IMG/VR virus record: IMGVR_UViG_3300017992_000021
Span: 13,060 to 77,059 of that record
From: a virus
DNA: 64,000 nucleotides
Direction: 5' to 3' (one strand)
Positions 55,854 to 64,000 of this stretch are shown here, piece after piece. The position numbers and the translations under genes are program-made. Below the pieces are notes generated by a model. The model was not told the origin of the DNA. It saw only the letters and a program-made list of their open reading frames with translations, and searched no databases. Numbering within the stretch: the first letter of the stretch is position 1; each line of letters begins with the position of its first letter.

Positions 55854-56397
55854 TTTCCTCTCCGATGAATTCACCGTAGTCGGTGATTAGTTTACCGTCT
55901 AAGTGATCGATCTCGTGCTGAAGACAACGTGCGGCTAAGCCGAAGAACGTTTCTTCCTTCAGCACGCCCTTGCGATTTGAATATTTCACACGTATCCGCA
56001 TCGGACGGCTGATCATGACTTTGTTCTTGGCACCAAACGTCAGGCAGCCTTCAGCAGCCGGTTCCTCGTAGTCGATCGTCTCGATGATCACAGGGTTAAT
56101 CAGCGCGAGGCGCTGCGTGATGCACATGACAACTACCCGCTTGCTACAACCGACCTGTGGTGCGGCAAGACCGATGCCCTTGTGCTTGGACATCAACCAG
56201 TACATGTCATTGATGAGCACCTTGAGTGCATCATCGATGTACTTGACACGCTCGGCCTTCTTCTTCAGCACCGGGTGATCCGGCGCTACCAAGCTCGTCC
56301 ACTTCTTTGCTCGTCTGACCTTACCTTTACCCAACGTTCTTCCTTTCTTTTCTAGCCTTCTTGACTTTACGCTGCTCAGCATAATTAACCCTGACAT
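55831..56397 (-). CDS. def: peptide deformylase
   Basis: All three PDF motifs: GIGLAAPQVG, EGCL, QHEIDHLDG. Confidence 0.96.
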   Translation of the reverse strand: MSGLIMLSSVKSRRLEKKGRTLGKGKVRRAKKWTSLVAPDHPVLKKKAERVKYIDDALKVLINDMYWLMSKHKGIGLAAPQVGCSKRVVVMCITQRLALINPVIIETIDYEEPAAEGCLTFGAKNKVMISRPMRIRVKYSNRKGVLKEETFFGLAARCLQHEIDHLDGKLITDYGEFIGEENGEDQKA

Positions 56398-56530
56398 TGA
56401 AGCCGAGCATCGAGATGAAATGGCACGCTATTCCCAGCACGCCAAAAGGTAGCCACAGCGGGAACAGGATTATAGTTCCCAGCCCCACCAGAAAGTCCTT
56501 CGTGTCATCCCACATGTCGTCCCAGTTCAT
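56327..56530 (-). CDS. small membrane protein
   Basis: Hydrophobic core LVGLGTIILFPLWLPFGVLGIA. Confidence 0.55.
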   Translation of the reverse strand: MNWDDMWDDTKDFLVGLGTIILFPLWLPFGVLGIACHFISMLGFNVRVNYAEQRKVKKARKERKNVG

Positions 56531-56533
56531 AAT

Positions 56534-56845
56534 TTACACCGCCACCAATTCGTATGCGAAGGCTTCATCAGCCTCGGAATTCCTCACCGTGAAAAAACCC
56601 TCTAAAAAAGAGTTCTGCGCCATTAAGAGGCGGGCGTAGAATGCCTTGTAGTCGTTGTTGAGCTTGAATTCCTCATCAGCTAACTCCATCGTCATCTGCC
56701 AGCGCATGACTTCCCACAGGCCAGCGATGCCGTACTTGCGGATACCCTTTACGTACAAGTTGTAGGCCAACTGGAACAACGTACGGTACACTTCAGGGTT
56801 CTTCTGGTGGAATTCCATGAAACGTACGGCTAACGAGTCTCGCAT
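56534..56845 (-). CDS. conserved phage hypothetical protein
   Basis: FHQKNPEVY...YGIAGLWEVMRW...FKLNNDYKAFYARL pattern; RBS GGAGAAGG. Confidence 0.7.
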   Translation of the reverse strand: MRDSLAVRFMEFHQKNPEVYRTLFQLAYNLYVKGIRKYGIAGLWEVMRWQMTMELADEEFKLNNDYKAFYARLLMAQNSFLEGFFTVRNSEADEAFAYELVAV

Positions 56846-57051
56846 TCCTTCTCCTTGTTTTCGTAGTCCACCATTGTGGTGCAGTTTGTCAAGCCGCCCT
56901 CGATTACCGTTAAACGCTCAGCAAACGAAGCAAGCGTCCTCTCCAGATTGATGCCAGTCCCGTTGCACACGCGACAAACACCTGCATGATCGTGCCCGAG
57001 ACCATCGCAACAGATACACTTGATGATGCCCTTTGCAAGCTCCTTACTCAT
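56830..57051 (-). CDS. DnaJ-type zinc-finger small protein
   Basis: CICCDGLG...CRVCNGTG. Confidence 0.65.
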   Translation of the reverse strand: MSKELAKGIIKCICCDGLGHDHAGVCRVCNGTGINLERTLASFAERLTVIEGGLTNCTTMVDYENKEKECETR

Positions 57052-57083
57052 CTGTTTTCTCCCTACCTTCCACTGTAAAACGT

Positions 57084-57139
57084 ACACGAGCCTGCATGGT
57101 AGCAGGCTCGTGTTTCGTATGCAACACAGAAAGTCAGTC
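57084..57139 (-). promoter_or_regulatory. stem-loop promoter cassette, copy 1
   Basis: GACTGACTTTCTGTG-TTGCAT-17-TACCAT, with the -10 at the centre of a 12-bp inverted repeat. Confidence 0.75.
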
Positions 57140-57766
57140 GTCGCTGAACAGCTTCTCCGCCATCATTGCTACGAGTAGCAGGGGGTCATCACCGCCTAGT
57201 TTGAGTTGCGCATCCGCCGGGTCAGCGTCGGGCAAGCCTACCGTCACGACCCAGCCGATACCTGCGGCACGCTGCAAACTGATGTCGTATCCCTTGTCCC
57301 CGATCTTGTCCATCGTCGTCACCATGTCATCAGGTGTCAGCCTGTCATCGTAAAATGGTGTCACGCCCCACCCCCTCAACAGCTTCGATTGGAACTTCAC
57401 ATAGTAAGAGTCTTCCTTACTGGGTAGTTCCTTGCCGTCTATGTAGACCGAGTACAGTTCGGCGTATGTCTCGCCCCATTTGCGATCATGAGCGTCAAGC
57501 AATCGCTCACGTGGGTCCCACCCTAAAAGGTGTGCCCACTCATGTAGAAGCGTATCCCAGATATTCTCTAGTTCGATTTCACGGTTGATGCGTATCTTGA
57601 ACTTACGTCCGTCACGCGTACTCGTGCCATGGTCGACCATCTTCACACGCCGCACCTCGACCGGATAACGAGGTGGGAATTCGGCGCGCAGCCGTTTTAA
57701 CAACGTACGGTAAGGCGGCGGTAATGACGGATGTGAGCTATCCGTTCTTCTTTTCTTGGTAGGCAT
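57134..57766 (-). CDS. HEXXH zinc metallopeptidase-like (SprT-like) protein
   Basis: DTLLHEWAH...H...WG. Confidence 0.7.
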   Translation of the reverse strand: MPTKKRRTDSSHPSLPPPYRTLLKRLRAEFPPRYPVEVRRVKMVDHGTSTRDGRKFKIRINREIELENIWDTLLHEWAHLLGWDPRERLLDAHDRKWGETYAELYSVYIDGKELPSKEDSYYVKFQSKLLRGWGVTPFYDDRLTPDDMVTTMDKIGDKGYDISLQRAAGIGWVVTVGLPDADPADAQLKLGGDDPLLLVAMMAEKLFSDD

Positions 57767-58859
57767 CGATGAACCTCCGGCCTTGAGGGATTATCTTGTC
57801 AACTAAATACACGGGGTGATCGTTGACCATGCCGTGCTTCGCATCGAAGAAACAGAATCGCTGCACCGGGTATCCTGATGCAGCCATGTTTTCCTTCGCA
57901 TACTCGTTGCCACTCTCTGCGCTGCCATTGGCAAAGCACCTGCGATAGTTGATCGTGATGCTGGACAGAGTGTGGAAGTGGCCCATGAACAAATATTCCC
58001 AAGGCTCCTCAAGAATATCTGCCCACCCTGACATCTTCTTGCCGATGCCGTACCACGGCATACCAAGCTGGCCCTTGATGCGATCGCCATGGATCAACAA
58101 AAGGCCCCAATCAAATACCCTCGCGGTAACGTCGTAGTCACCGATGTGAAAATGAATGCGATCCTTGAACTGGTCTCGTGGCAGCTTTTCCGTACCCTTG
58201 AAGATCAGCTTTAAGGTCTCGTAGAAAACCCGGTCCCAGTTCGTAGCGCCGATGCGGTACTTCTTGCCGTCCCACCCGTGGTTGCCTACCACGCACCACA
58301 TATGGATCTCACGCACGATGGTCATGAGGTACAAGATGCCGTCAACGATGGCTTCAGGTGCGTCGAACATGGCCTGCTCAAGCACCTGTCTGTCGATGAG
58401 CAGCTTCTGCCCCTTGAAGACCGACTCACCCTCAGCGATATCACCGCCGAGCAGGATGTGCACGACTTCGATCTTGGCAGCAGTACGCTGCGCCTTGATG
58501 ATCTCCCCGACTTTATGGAAATACAGCACCGTGCGCTGGTATGCGATGGTGCTGTTGTAGTTGTGCGTGGTCTTGCCGAAGTGCAGGTCGCAGAGGTGTG
58601 CTACGCCTATCCACTCTGGCTTCGTCTTGCGGGTGTCCTTGCGAGGCTTCTTGGGCACCTTCAGGACGAGTCCGTCCTTGAATATCTCAGCCAGATATGA
58701 GAGGAGCACCGCCTCACCGGATCGCTGCATATCGGCTTTTTTCGTGAGCCTTGCGATCTCGCGTTTTTGTGCCCGTACTAAAGCAGATTCGACCTCGTGA
58801 TCATCAGCTTCCGCTGTTAGCTTCGAAATCCGCTTCAACTTCTGGGAATCTTTCTTCAA
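57738..58859 (-). CDS. calcineurin-like metallophosphoesterase
   Basis: DLHFG, GGDIAEG, GNHG, HGD, GHFH. Confidence 0.88.
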   Translation of the reverse strand: MKKDSQKLKRISKLTAEADDHEVESALVRAQKREIARLTKKADMQRSGEAVLLSYLAEIFKDGLVLKVPKKPRKDTRKTKPEWIGVAHLCDLHFGKTTHNYNSTIAYQRTVLYFHKVGEIIKAQRTAAKIEVVHILLGGDIAEGESVFKGQKLLIDRQVLEQAMFDAPEAIVDGILYLMTIVREIHMWCVVGNHGWDGKKYRIGATNWDRVFYETLKLIFKGTEKLPRDQFKDRIHFHIGDYDVTARVFDWGLLLIHGDRIKGQLGMPWYGIGKKMSGWADILEEPWEYLFMGHFHTLSSITINYRRCFANGSAESGNEYAKENMAASGYPVQRFCFFDAKHGMVNDHPVYLVDKIIPQGRRFIDAYQEKKNG

Positions 58860-59124
58860 TCTCGCTCCTCCAGCGTTTCAACACGTTGTGCATCGAGTCA
58901 GGAACGTACTTGATCCCGTATTCCTTGTTCAGCCATGCCGCCATTTTGCCCGTAGCCATGCGCTTGTTGGTGTTCTCGTTCATCCAGACGAACACCGCCA
59001 AATCGTAGATGATCTCGTCCCTCTTGGGGTGCCCGCCAATCATCGAGTTCGACGCCCTGTTCTGCTTGTTCTCCTCGTGAAAGTCTGTCAACGCACTCAT
59101 ACGGGACTTCTTTTTCTTGGCCAT
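58804..59124 (-). CDS. hypothetical (possibly HTH-like) protein
   Basis: RBS AAGGAG; KMAAWLNKEYG helix pattern. Confidence 0.6.
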   Translation of the reverse strand: MAKKKKSRMSALTDFHEENKQNRASNSMIGGHPKRDEIIYDLAVFVWMNENTNKRMATGKMAAWLNKEYGIKYVPDSMHNVLKRWRSEIEERFPEVEADFEANSGS

Positions 59125-59183
59125 TACCGCACTTCTCCTTAAGGGACTGTGATTTGATTGCCTAAGTATATACGAGCCAATCG

Positions 59184-59209
59184 AAAAGGGCCGCTACAAA
59201 GCGGCCCTT
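59184..59209 (-). terminator. rho-independent terminator
   Basis: AAGGGCCGCT-TTGT-AGCGGCCCTT followed by TT. Confidence 0.75.
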
Positions 59210-59250
59210 AGCGTAAATTACATCTCGTATTTGATCAAATGTAATCCCAG

Positions 59251-59481
59251 CTACCCCACGTATCGGATTTCGATGTGGGGCTTCATGCACCGGCCTTCGA
59301 GTATCGTGCCTTTAACGGCCTCGACTACTTTCGCCTTGATGCTGCGCTCATCGCACTCGTACCGGCGGATGAACACTTGAATATCCGGAGCAGTGTCGCC
59401 GACGTACAACTGGAAGTACGCCCCACCCTCGGGGTACTTCTTGAACCAGTTACGAGCTTTCGCTAGACCAATGACACGCAT
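59251..59481 (-). CDS. hypothetical protein
   Basis: Abuts the upstream stop. Confidence 0.55.
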   Translation of the reverse strand: MRVIGLAKARNWFKKYPEGGAYFQLYVGDTAPDIQVFIRRYECDERSIKAKVVEAVKGTILEGRCMKPHIEIRYVG

Positions 59482-59673
59482 TTACTTCCCCACGTCACTC
59501 TCATAAATAATGTAATCGGCGCTTGCTGTCTGCATGACGGATACCAACTCCGAGTGGCAGCGCGGACAACGCACGCGCTTCTTAGCACGACGCGTCTTGA
59601 ACTCCCACTGACAGAAATGGCAGTGCCAGCCGCGCTCTCGAAATATCCAATCAAACAGACGGTAAAACCACAT
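59482..59673 (-). CDS. zinc-ribbon protein
   Basis: CHFC...CPRCHS. Confidence 0.6.
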   Translation of the reverse strand: MWFYRLFDWIFRERGWHCHFCQWEFKTRRAKKRVRCPRCHSELVSVMQTASADYIIYESDVGK

Positions 59674-60098
59674 TATCGGTTATCTCCTGAACCGCCGATC
59701 TCACCACGGTCTTTACGGTCGTGCAGCTTCTCGATATTCCGCAAAGCCACCTCGGCCAACGATGAGCCTAATTCCGCAGCCAGACGATCCACGTACCACA
59801 GCACGTCACCAAGCTCATCGATGAGAGCATCGCTCGTTTCTTTGTACAAGTACCCTTGATCGTCACGATGAACCTTCTTGAGTTTGTTAGCGAGTTCACC
59901 AGCTTCACCGACAAGGCCAAGCACGCAGTAATTAACGCCTCGCATCTCTTCATCGCCGTGACCGGGATAGATCGCTGTGGCTGCTGCGTCCTCACTGTAC
60001 CTGTTAAACGCTTCAGTGCGCTCGCGCACGCCTTTCTCTTTCAAGCGTTCCAAATACGGCTTTTGAATTGGCGACGGATAATAACCCTCGTTACTCAT
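59673..60098 (-). CDS. MazG-like NTP pyrophosphohydrolase
   Basis: LGLVGEAGELANKLKK...DELGDVLWY...NIEKL..R. Confidence 0.92.
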   Translation of the reverse strand: MSNEGYYPSPIQKPYLERLKEKGVRERTEAFNRYSEDAAATAIYPGHGDEEMRGVNYCVLGLVGEAGELANKLKKVHRDDQGYLYKETSDALIDELGDVLWYVDRLAAELGSSLAEVALRNIEKLHDRKDRGEIGGSGDNR

Positions 60099-60484
60099 TT
60101 TGATTTCTCCTTGCGAGCTTTATCGATCTCGTCCTTGAGTTCCCAGAGCGCCTCTTTGCGATGACCTATGTGAGCCCACTCGGCATCTAGTGCGCCCCAC
60201 GATTCACCGCAGATCCTGTGGAGTACCTCGCCGAGCCTATCTTTCAAACCAAGGTCGGTAATTACCACCATCTCGACATTATGCAGGGCGTCCAGTGACG
60301 TGAAGAAATGAAACCCTCCGGATCTCCACGCATCCGCCTCTGTTTTTCCAAATGCGCCACTTACTAAAACATCGTTCAGATTAAACAAGAAGTACAGCCC
60401 GGCCATGGCGGCAGGCGGTTCTGACTGTTTGACGTAGTAACCTAACACGCTCGCACACCAAGCGTTGAATTCGTGTTCGTCCAT
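60095..60484 (-). CDS. hypothetical protein
   Basis: Coupled stop/start on both sides. Confidence 0.6.
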   Translation of the reverse strand: MDEHEFNAWCASVLGYYVKQSEPPAAMAGLYFLFNLNDVLVSGAFGKTEADAWRSGGFHFFTSLDALHNVEMVVITDLGLKDRLGEVLHRICGESWGALDAEWAHIGHRKEALWELKDEIDKARKEKSK

Positions 60485-61113
60485 TACTTCTCCTGCGGCC
60501 AGATCGTCTTCAAACCGAGCATGACGTGCTGCTGCAATGTTGACACACCGTCGACGATCTCGGCATTATTCCACGGGCGTGGATAAACGATTGCATGTCC
60601 GCCCGCATCAACGAACTTCTTGCAGTTCTCTGCGCTGTCATCGATGAGCACTGCGTCATGTCTGGCAAGCTGCTCTTTGTGACTGGTGAAAATGAACTCC
60701 TTGAAGTCCAAACCAAAAATGTCCTGCAACCACAGCATCTTACCGGCCAGACAATCGGCGATACCTTGACCACGACCGCCCGGCGTTGACAAGAATATCA
60801 CGCGAGCGAAAGTGTCTTTGAGGTTGTAGTAAAATTGACGCGGGCTGTCGTAACAAGGTAGGGTTCTCCAGAAACGTACGCCACCACGCTCGATCTGCCA
60901 CCACATCTCCTCTTCAGGCACGCCGAACTGCTCTGACATCTCGTAATCGCCACGAGGCCAGCGACCAATAAGCTGGTTGTAATTAGGGATGTCTTTGTTG
61001 CAGTAATACCGCAACCAATCTGCGACACCCTTCACGATGTCTACAACAACCCCGTCCATATCGAGGTAGATTACCCGCCCTCGTGCGGGATCAGTCGCTT
61101 GCATCATTCCCAT
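60484..61113 (-). CDS. HAD 5'(3')-deoxyribonucleotidase
   Basis: YLDMDGV, LSTP, GKMLWL, LIDDS, PRPWN. Confidence 0.9.
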   Translation of the reverse strand: MGMMQATDPARGRVIYLDMDGVVVDIVKGVADWLRYYCNKDIPNYNQLIGRWPRGDYEMSEQFGVPEEEMWWQIERGGVRFWRTLPCYDSPRQFYYNLKDTFARVIFLSTPGGRGQGIADCLAGKMLWLQDIFGLDFKEFIFTSHKEQLARHDAVLIDDSAENCKKFVDAGGHAIVYPRPWNNAEIVDGVSTLQQHVMLGLKTIWPQEK

Positions 61114-61115
61114 CG

Positions 61116-61652
61116 TTAAAGCCTCTCTTCATCGTCATCGAGCGGCTCGTAGTTTTCAAACATGCGCTCAATAACAGGGATTAAATCGTCTCTGTTACTG
61201 GACTTGGCCCGCTGGATGCACAAGTCGATGCTTGCCGTGAACTCATGCACGCGCACGGCCCAGTCACCGTCGCGCCACTCATCACGACGCTTGCGTGTTG
61301 TGTTTGTAGCGTCAAGGACTACCTTGTCATGGCCTGCCAGAAATAGCGCCTTGACCATTGTCTTTGCGATAGCCCACACAAAGGGCTCTGCTGCCTTAAT
61401 ATATGGTTGCTCGTGCATGGCTAACCGAATGCTATCGGGATTCACAACAGGAACCCCCGATGCACGTGCCCACATTGATTTACCTGCGCGGGGTAGACCC
61501 ATCAGCATGATCAACATTTTTTCACTCACGTGTTCCCTCCACTCGCTTTCCGTTGTTAGATAAACGCCCGCGATGACCTTACCATCGCGAATCGCCTCTG
61601 GGAAATCAGGATGTTTCCGTTTAGCTAAACTCATTAATGCTCTCGATATCAA
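61116..61652 (-). CDS. AAA_33 P-loop kinase (PNK-like)
   Basis: GLPRAGKS, NPDSIR, VLDATN, CIQR; true start may be downstream. Confidence 0.85.
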   Translation of the reverse strand: MISRALMSLAKRKHPDFPEAIRDGKVIAGVYLTTESEWREHVSEKMLIMLMGLPRAGKSMWARASGVPVVNPDSIRLAMHEQPYIKAAEPFVWAIAKTMVKALFLAGHDKVVLDATNTTRKRRDEWRDGDWAVRVHEFTASIDLCIQRAKSSNRDDLIPVIERMFENYEPLDDDEERL

Positions 61653-61971
61653 CCAAGCGCACCCGCAGCTTATCGTCGATATCGGGGCGTACGGGCTCTA
61701 TGTCGTCAGACAAAACCCGAACCGTAATCAGCTTATGATGCGCAGATTCACTTATCGCTTCAGCCAGCCACGCAATAGCATCCTCAAGCAGCATGTAGTG
61801 CTGAGCGTCCTGATCTTTGGTGGTCTGCAACCACACCGCACAACGGGAAGGCCCGCCGTTGGTGCCATCATCTTCGTAAAAATGAACGGGCGGCTCCATC
61901 TCACCACGCCTCTCATCGAATGACGGGACCGCGTGTGCCACATACGAGGCCAGTTCCTGCATAGTAAACAT
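61621..61971 (-). CDS. hypothetical protein
   Basis: RBS AGGAAGGA. Confidence 0.55.
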   Translation of the reverse strand: MFTMQELASYVAHAVPSFDERRGEMEPPVHFYEDDGTNGGPSRCAVWLQTTKDQDAQHYMLLEDAIAWLAEAISESAHHKLITVRVLSDDIEPVRPDIDDKLRVRLVDIESINEFS

Positions 61972-61976
61972 TGAGT

Positions 61977-62171
61977 CTATCCTTCCTGTTCTTTCAAGTA
62001 ATCACCCCACAACTGAAAGGCTGATGGCGGCCCCATCATCGGACCAGCGATAACAGTGCCGTCGGCATCTACGTAGTCCACACGTACCGGTGCTGGTTCG
62101 GGGGCGTTGCCGTCGGCATCCACACAACCGTAGTCCACCACCAAATCGCCCGGCTCGAATGCTCTGCTCAT
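61977..62171 (-). CDS. hypothetical protein
   Basis: RBS AGGAAGGA downstream of the promoter cassette. Confidence 0.6.
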   Translation of the reverse strand: MSRAFEPGDLVVDYGCVDADGNAPEPAPVRVDYVDADGTVIAGPMMGPPSAFQLWGDYLKEQEG

Positions 62172-62203
62172 CTGCTTTCCTTCCTGTTCTTACCTAATGA
62201 AAT

Positions 62204-62256
62204 CGGCCCGCTATGATAGCGGGCCGTTGTTTCGTTTGCAACACAGAAAGTCAGTC
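62204..62256 (-). promoter_or_regulatory. stem-loop promoter cassette, copy 2
   Basis: GACTGACTTTCTGTG-TTGCAA-17-TATCAT inside CGGCCCGC...GCGGGCCG. Confidence 0.75.
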
Positions 62257-62457
62257 CTTGGCCGCCTGCTTCGGCGGGTCGGTACTCACCGCAAAGCGCG
62301 TCGGGTCAGAATGCTTGAGTATCGAGAACGCGAGTTCCCGCATGGCCTCGTCGTAGCTATCGCCATACCCGGTGATGCCCTCTGCGATGTTTGGACCTAT
62401 CAATGCAGAGCATTTAGGGCCGTCCACGCCTAGATCAATCTTGATTTCCCACGACAT
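62251..62457 (-). CDS. HicB-like small protein
   Basis: EGITGYGDSYDEAMRELA resembles the HicB N-terminal G-x-T/S-x-x-EA motif. Confidence 0.5.
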   Translation of the reverse strand: MSWEIKIDLGVDGPKCSALIGPNIAEGITGYGDSYDEAMRELAFSILKHSDPTRFAVSTDPPKQAAKD

Positions 62458-62645
62458 CAGTCTTTCCTTTCTTTAAGGCATTCAGAGCAGTTCGCCATCT
62501 GCCCTACAAAACCGCTCGCTAATCCAATGTGACCGCACTCCAGCCGCACCTTGTTCGAGCGATAGCCTGTTGTGTAATTGAACTGGATCATCTCAACGAT
62601 TTTACGTCGAGGCCCCAACCTGCCACCTTTACCACGCTTACCCAT
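62457..62645 (-). CDS. small Cys/His zinc-binding protein
   Basis: LECGH...CSEC. Confidence 0.6.
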   Translation of the reverse strand: MGKRGKGGRLGPRRKIVEMIQFNYTTGYRSNKVRLECGHIGLASGFVGQMANCSECLKERKD

Positions 62646-62830
62646 TAGCGTGCCACGTCCTTATGCTTCTTGATGCGTTCAAGCAACCGCTTGGCCTGCA
62701 ATGACCGCTGAGGGTGACCCTCTAAAAGAGGCATGATCTCTCGCGCTAACAGTTCCGCATCGTCCATGATGCCGCGCTGCTCACGCAAATACTCGATAAC
62801 GTCCGCCCATGTGTTCAATCGATTAAGCAA
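62645..62830 (-). CDS. hypothetical protein
   Basis: RBS GGAGG; coupled. Confidence 0.5.
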   Translation of the reverse strand: MLNRLNTWADVIEYLREQRGIMDDAELLAREIMPLLEGHPQRSLQAKRLLERIKKHKDVAR

Positions 62831-63053
62831 TGTTCTTCACCTCCGCTCCCGGACTCCAGTCCTGCCATGTTTTTAGATTGCACTCACGCACACGCGCGTT
62901 GCCCGGCACAGACACATACTTGACACGTGAGGGTTGATCGTAGCAACCTCTCACCTCAACCACAACCCTTACAGTAACACGCACCCCACCGTGTGTCCTC
63001 TTTGTAAGAACATCGCCGGGCCTCGGGTGCTTACACGGGTTACGTAGTTTCAT
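62823..63053 (-). CDS. hypothetical protein
   Basis: ATGA overlap. Confidence 0.55.
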   Translation of the reverse strand: MKLRNPCKHPRPGDVLTKRTHGGVRVTVRVVVEVRGCYDQPSRVKYVSVPGNARVRECNLKTWQDWSPGAEVKNIA

Positions 63054-63445
63054 TTCAGTCCCACAAAATGCAACGTCTTCTCATCTCTCTTTGCCGCTAG
63101 CATCGCCTTGTAAAACTCAAGTTCATCGACGACTTCATCCCCGAGGCAAAAGAAACCTTCTATTTTCGACCAACTTTCGAGGAACTTCGCCTTCGACCAA
63201 TGACCCTCCCACAGAACTTCACCGAGAAATCCATGAACACGTCGAAAATCACGTTCCGTACAAATCAAGCTCACAGACGAGGCTTCGTACCTTTGCGGGC
63301 AGTAATTACCATTCCAAGTCATAAAGCCGGGAGTGTGGATTAACACGCTGGACCCGCACTTGATAATAACGTGTTGCTCAGCGCCCCAGTCACACCCACC
63401 CCACACACGGGGCAGCATCTCAATTTCACGTGGAACTAATTTCAC
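63050..63445 (-). CDS. hypothetical protein
   Basis: RBS GAGG before GTG. Confidence 0.55.
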   Translation of the reverse strand: MKLVPREIEMLPRVWGGCDWGAEQHVIIKCGSSVLIHTPGFMTWNGNYCPQRYEASSVSLICTERDFRRVHGFLGEVLWEGHWSKAKFLESWSKIEGFFCLGDEVVDELEFYKAMLAAKRDEKTLHFVGLK

Positions 63446-63875
63446 GATCGATCCTCAAATACGAAGTTATACGCCCGTTCGAATAAGGCGTAGCGTTACC
63501 TTCTGGTTTTGATGTCGAAAAGCATTCGTAGCTGACCGGCCCCCACTGGCTGCCGGGATCATGCAGCAGGCCATCGTGGTAGACCATCCAGTGGCTGTGG
63601 TTTTTCCGAACGCCGTTCTTATTCAGCCACCAGATTTTCAAGATGCAGGTGTTCGGCCACTCAGTGTCCTTCTTCACACGTTCGAGCTTATCAGCACATT
63701 CTACGCCAACCGCACGTAAAGCTGTGACGAGATCCCGCGTACGTGTAGCTCGACGATGGCCTACTAAGTCGCAGGCGGTGTCAAAATCCAGTTCAGCGAT
63801 CATTGCAACACAGGCTTGACCGCAACCGCGCTCTGATTCCTGATAGACATGCCTCACAACACCTGCTCCTCGCAC
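63426..63875 (-). CDS. peptidase C39-like cysteine protease
   Basis: Q-x5-CGQACVAM...HWMVY...HDP catalytic pattern. Confidence 0.8.
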   Translation of the reverse strand: MRGAGVVRHVYQESERGCGQACVAMIAELDFDTACDLVGHRRATRTRDLVTALRAVGVECADKLERVKKDTEWPNTCILKIWWLNKNGVRKNHSHWMVYHDGLLHDPGSQWGPVSYECFSTSKPEGNATPYSNGRITSYLRIDREISST

Positions 63876-64000
63876 ATAATCAAAATGGCCGTAGTGACCA
63901 GTACCGCAATGATGTACGCTAAAGCGCCGAAGTAAAACCCAAGTTCTTCTCTATCCACGATCAAACCTCCGCTTCTTATTTTCAGCCATGGCGTCTCCTC

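Noticed and set aside
1-64000. CRISPR array, DGR/retron, integrase, introns/inteins, stop-codon recoding
   Set aside because: No regularly spaced repeats, RT, recombinase or intein motifs were seen. Genes are intact and tightly packed under the standard code with all three stop codons used.

Overview
A 64-kb segment of a large tailed dsDNA phage genome with standard genetic code. It looks like a siphovirus: there is a tail tube and a 2,960-aa tape measure but no sheath gene. No integrase, CRISPR array or reverse transcriptase is visible. The + strand 1-10.2 kb is a replication/recombination arm: FEN-like 5'-3' exonuclease, SbcD/Mre11 and SbcC/Rad50 homologues, DUF3310, ThyX, RuvC-like resolvase and a sigma factor. 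It is interrupted by an inverted vWA-plus-lipoprotein moron. The - strand 10.2-52.8 kb is the morphogenesis module: TerL, portal, two holins, minor head, scaffold, MCP, neck, tail tube, frameshifted chaperones, TMP and tail-tip proteins. The - strand 53.6-64 kb holds small accessory genes, including peptide deformylase, a metallophosphoesterase, MazG-like, HAD nucleotidase, AAA_33 kinase and C39 peptidase. The most unusual region is the roughly 780-bp RNA array at 52,866-53,637. Two canonical tRNAs (fMet, Gln) bracket five non-canonical structured RNAs. These include a 70-nt tmRNA tRNA-like domain with no mRNA-like domain, a class-II tRNA body whose anticodon arm is replaced by a GA/UU motif shared with the neighbouring hairpin RNA, and a roughly 175-nt multi-pseudoknot RNA with a kissing loop. 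A second recurring signal is sigma70-like promoters whose -10 hexamer sits at the apex of an inverted repeat. All calls come from manual motif reading and pairing; no database searches or folding programs were run.
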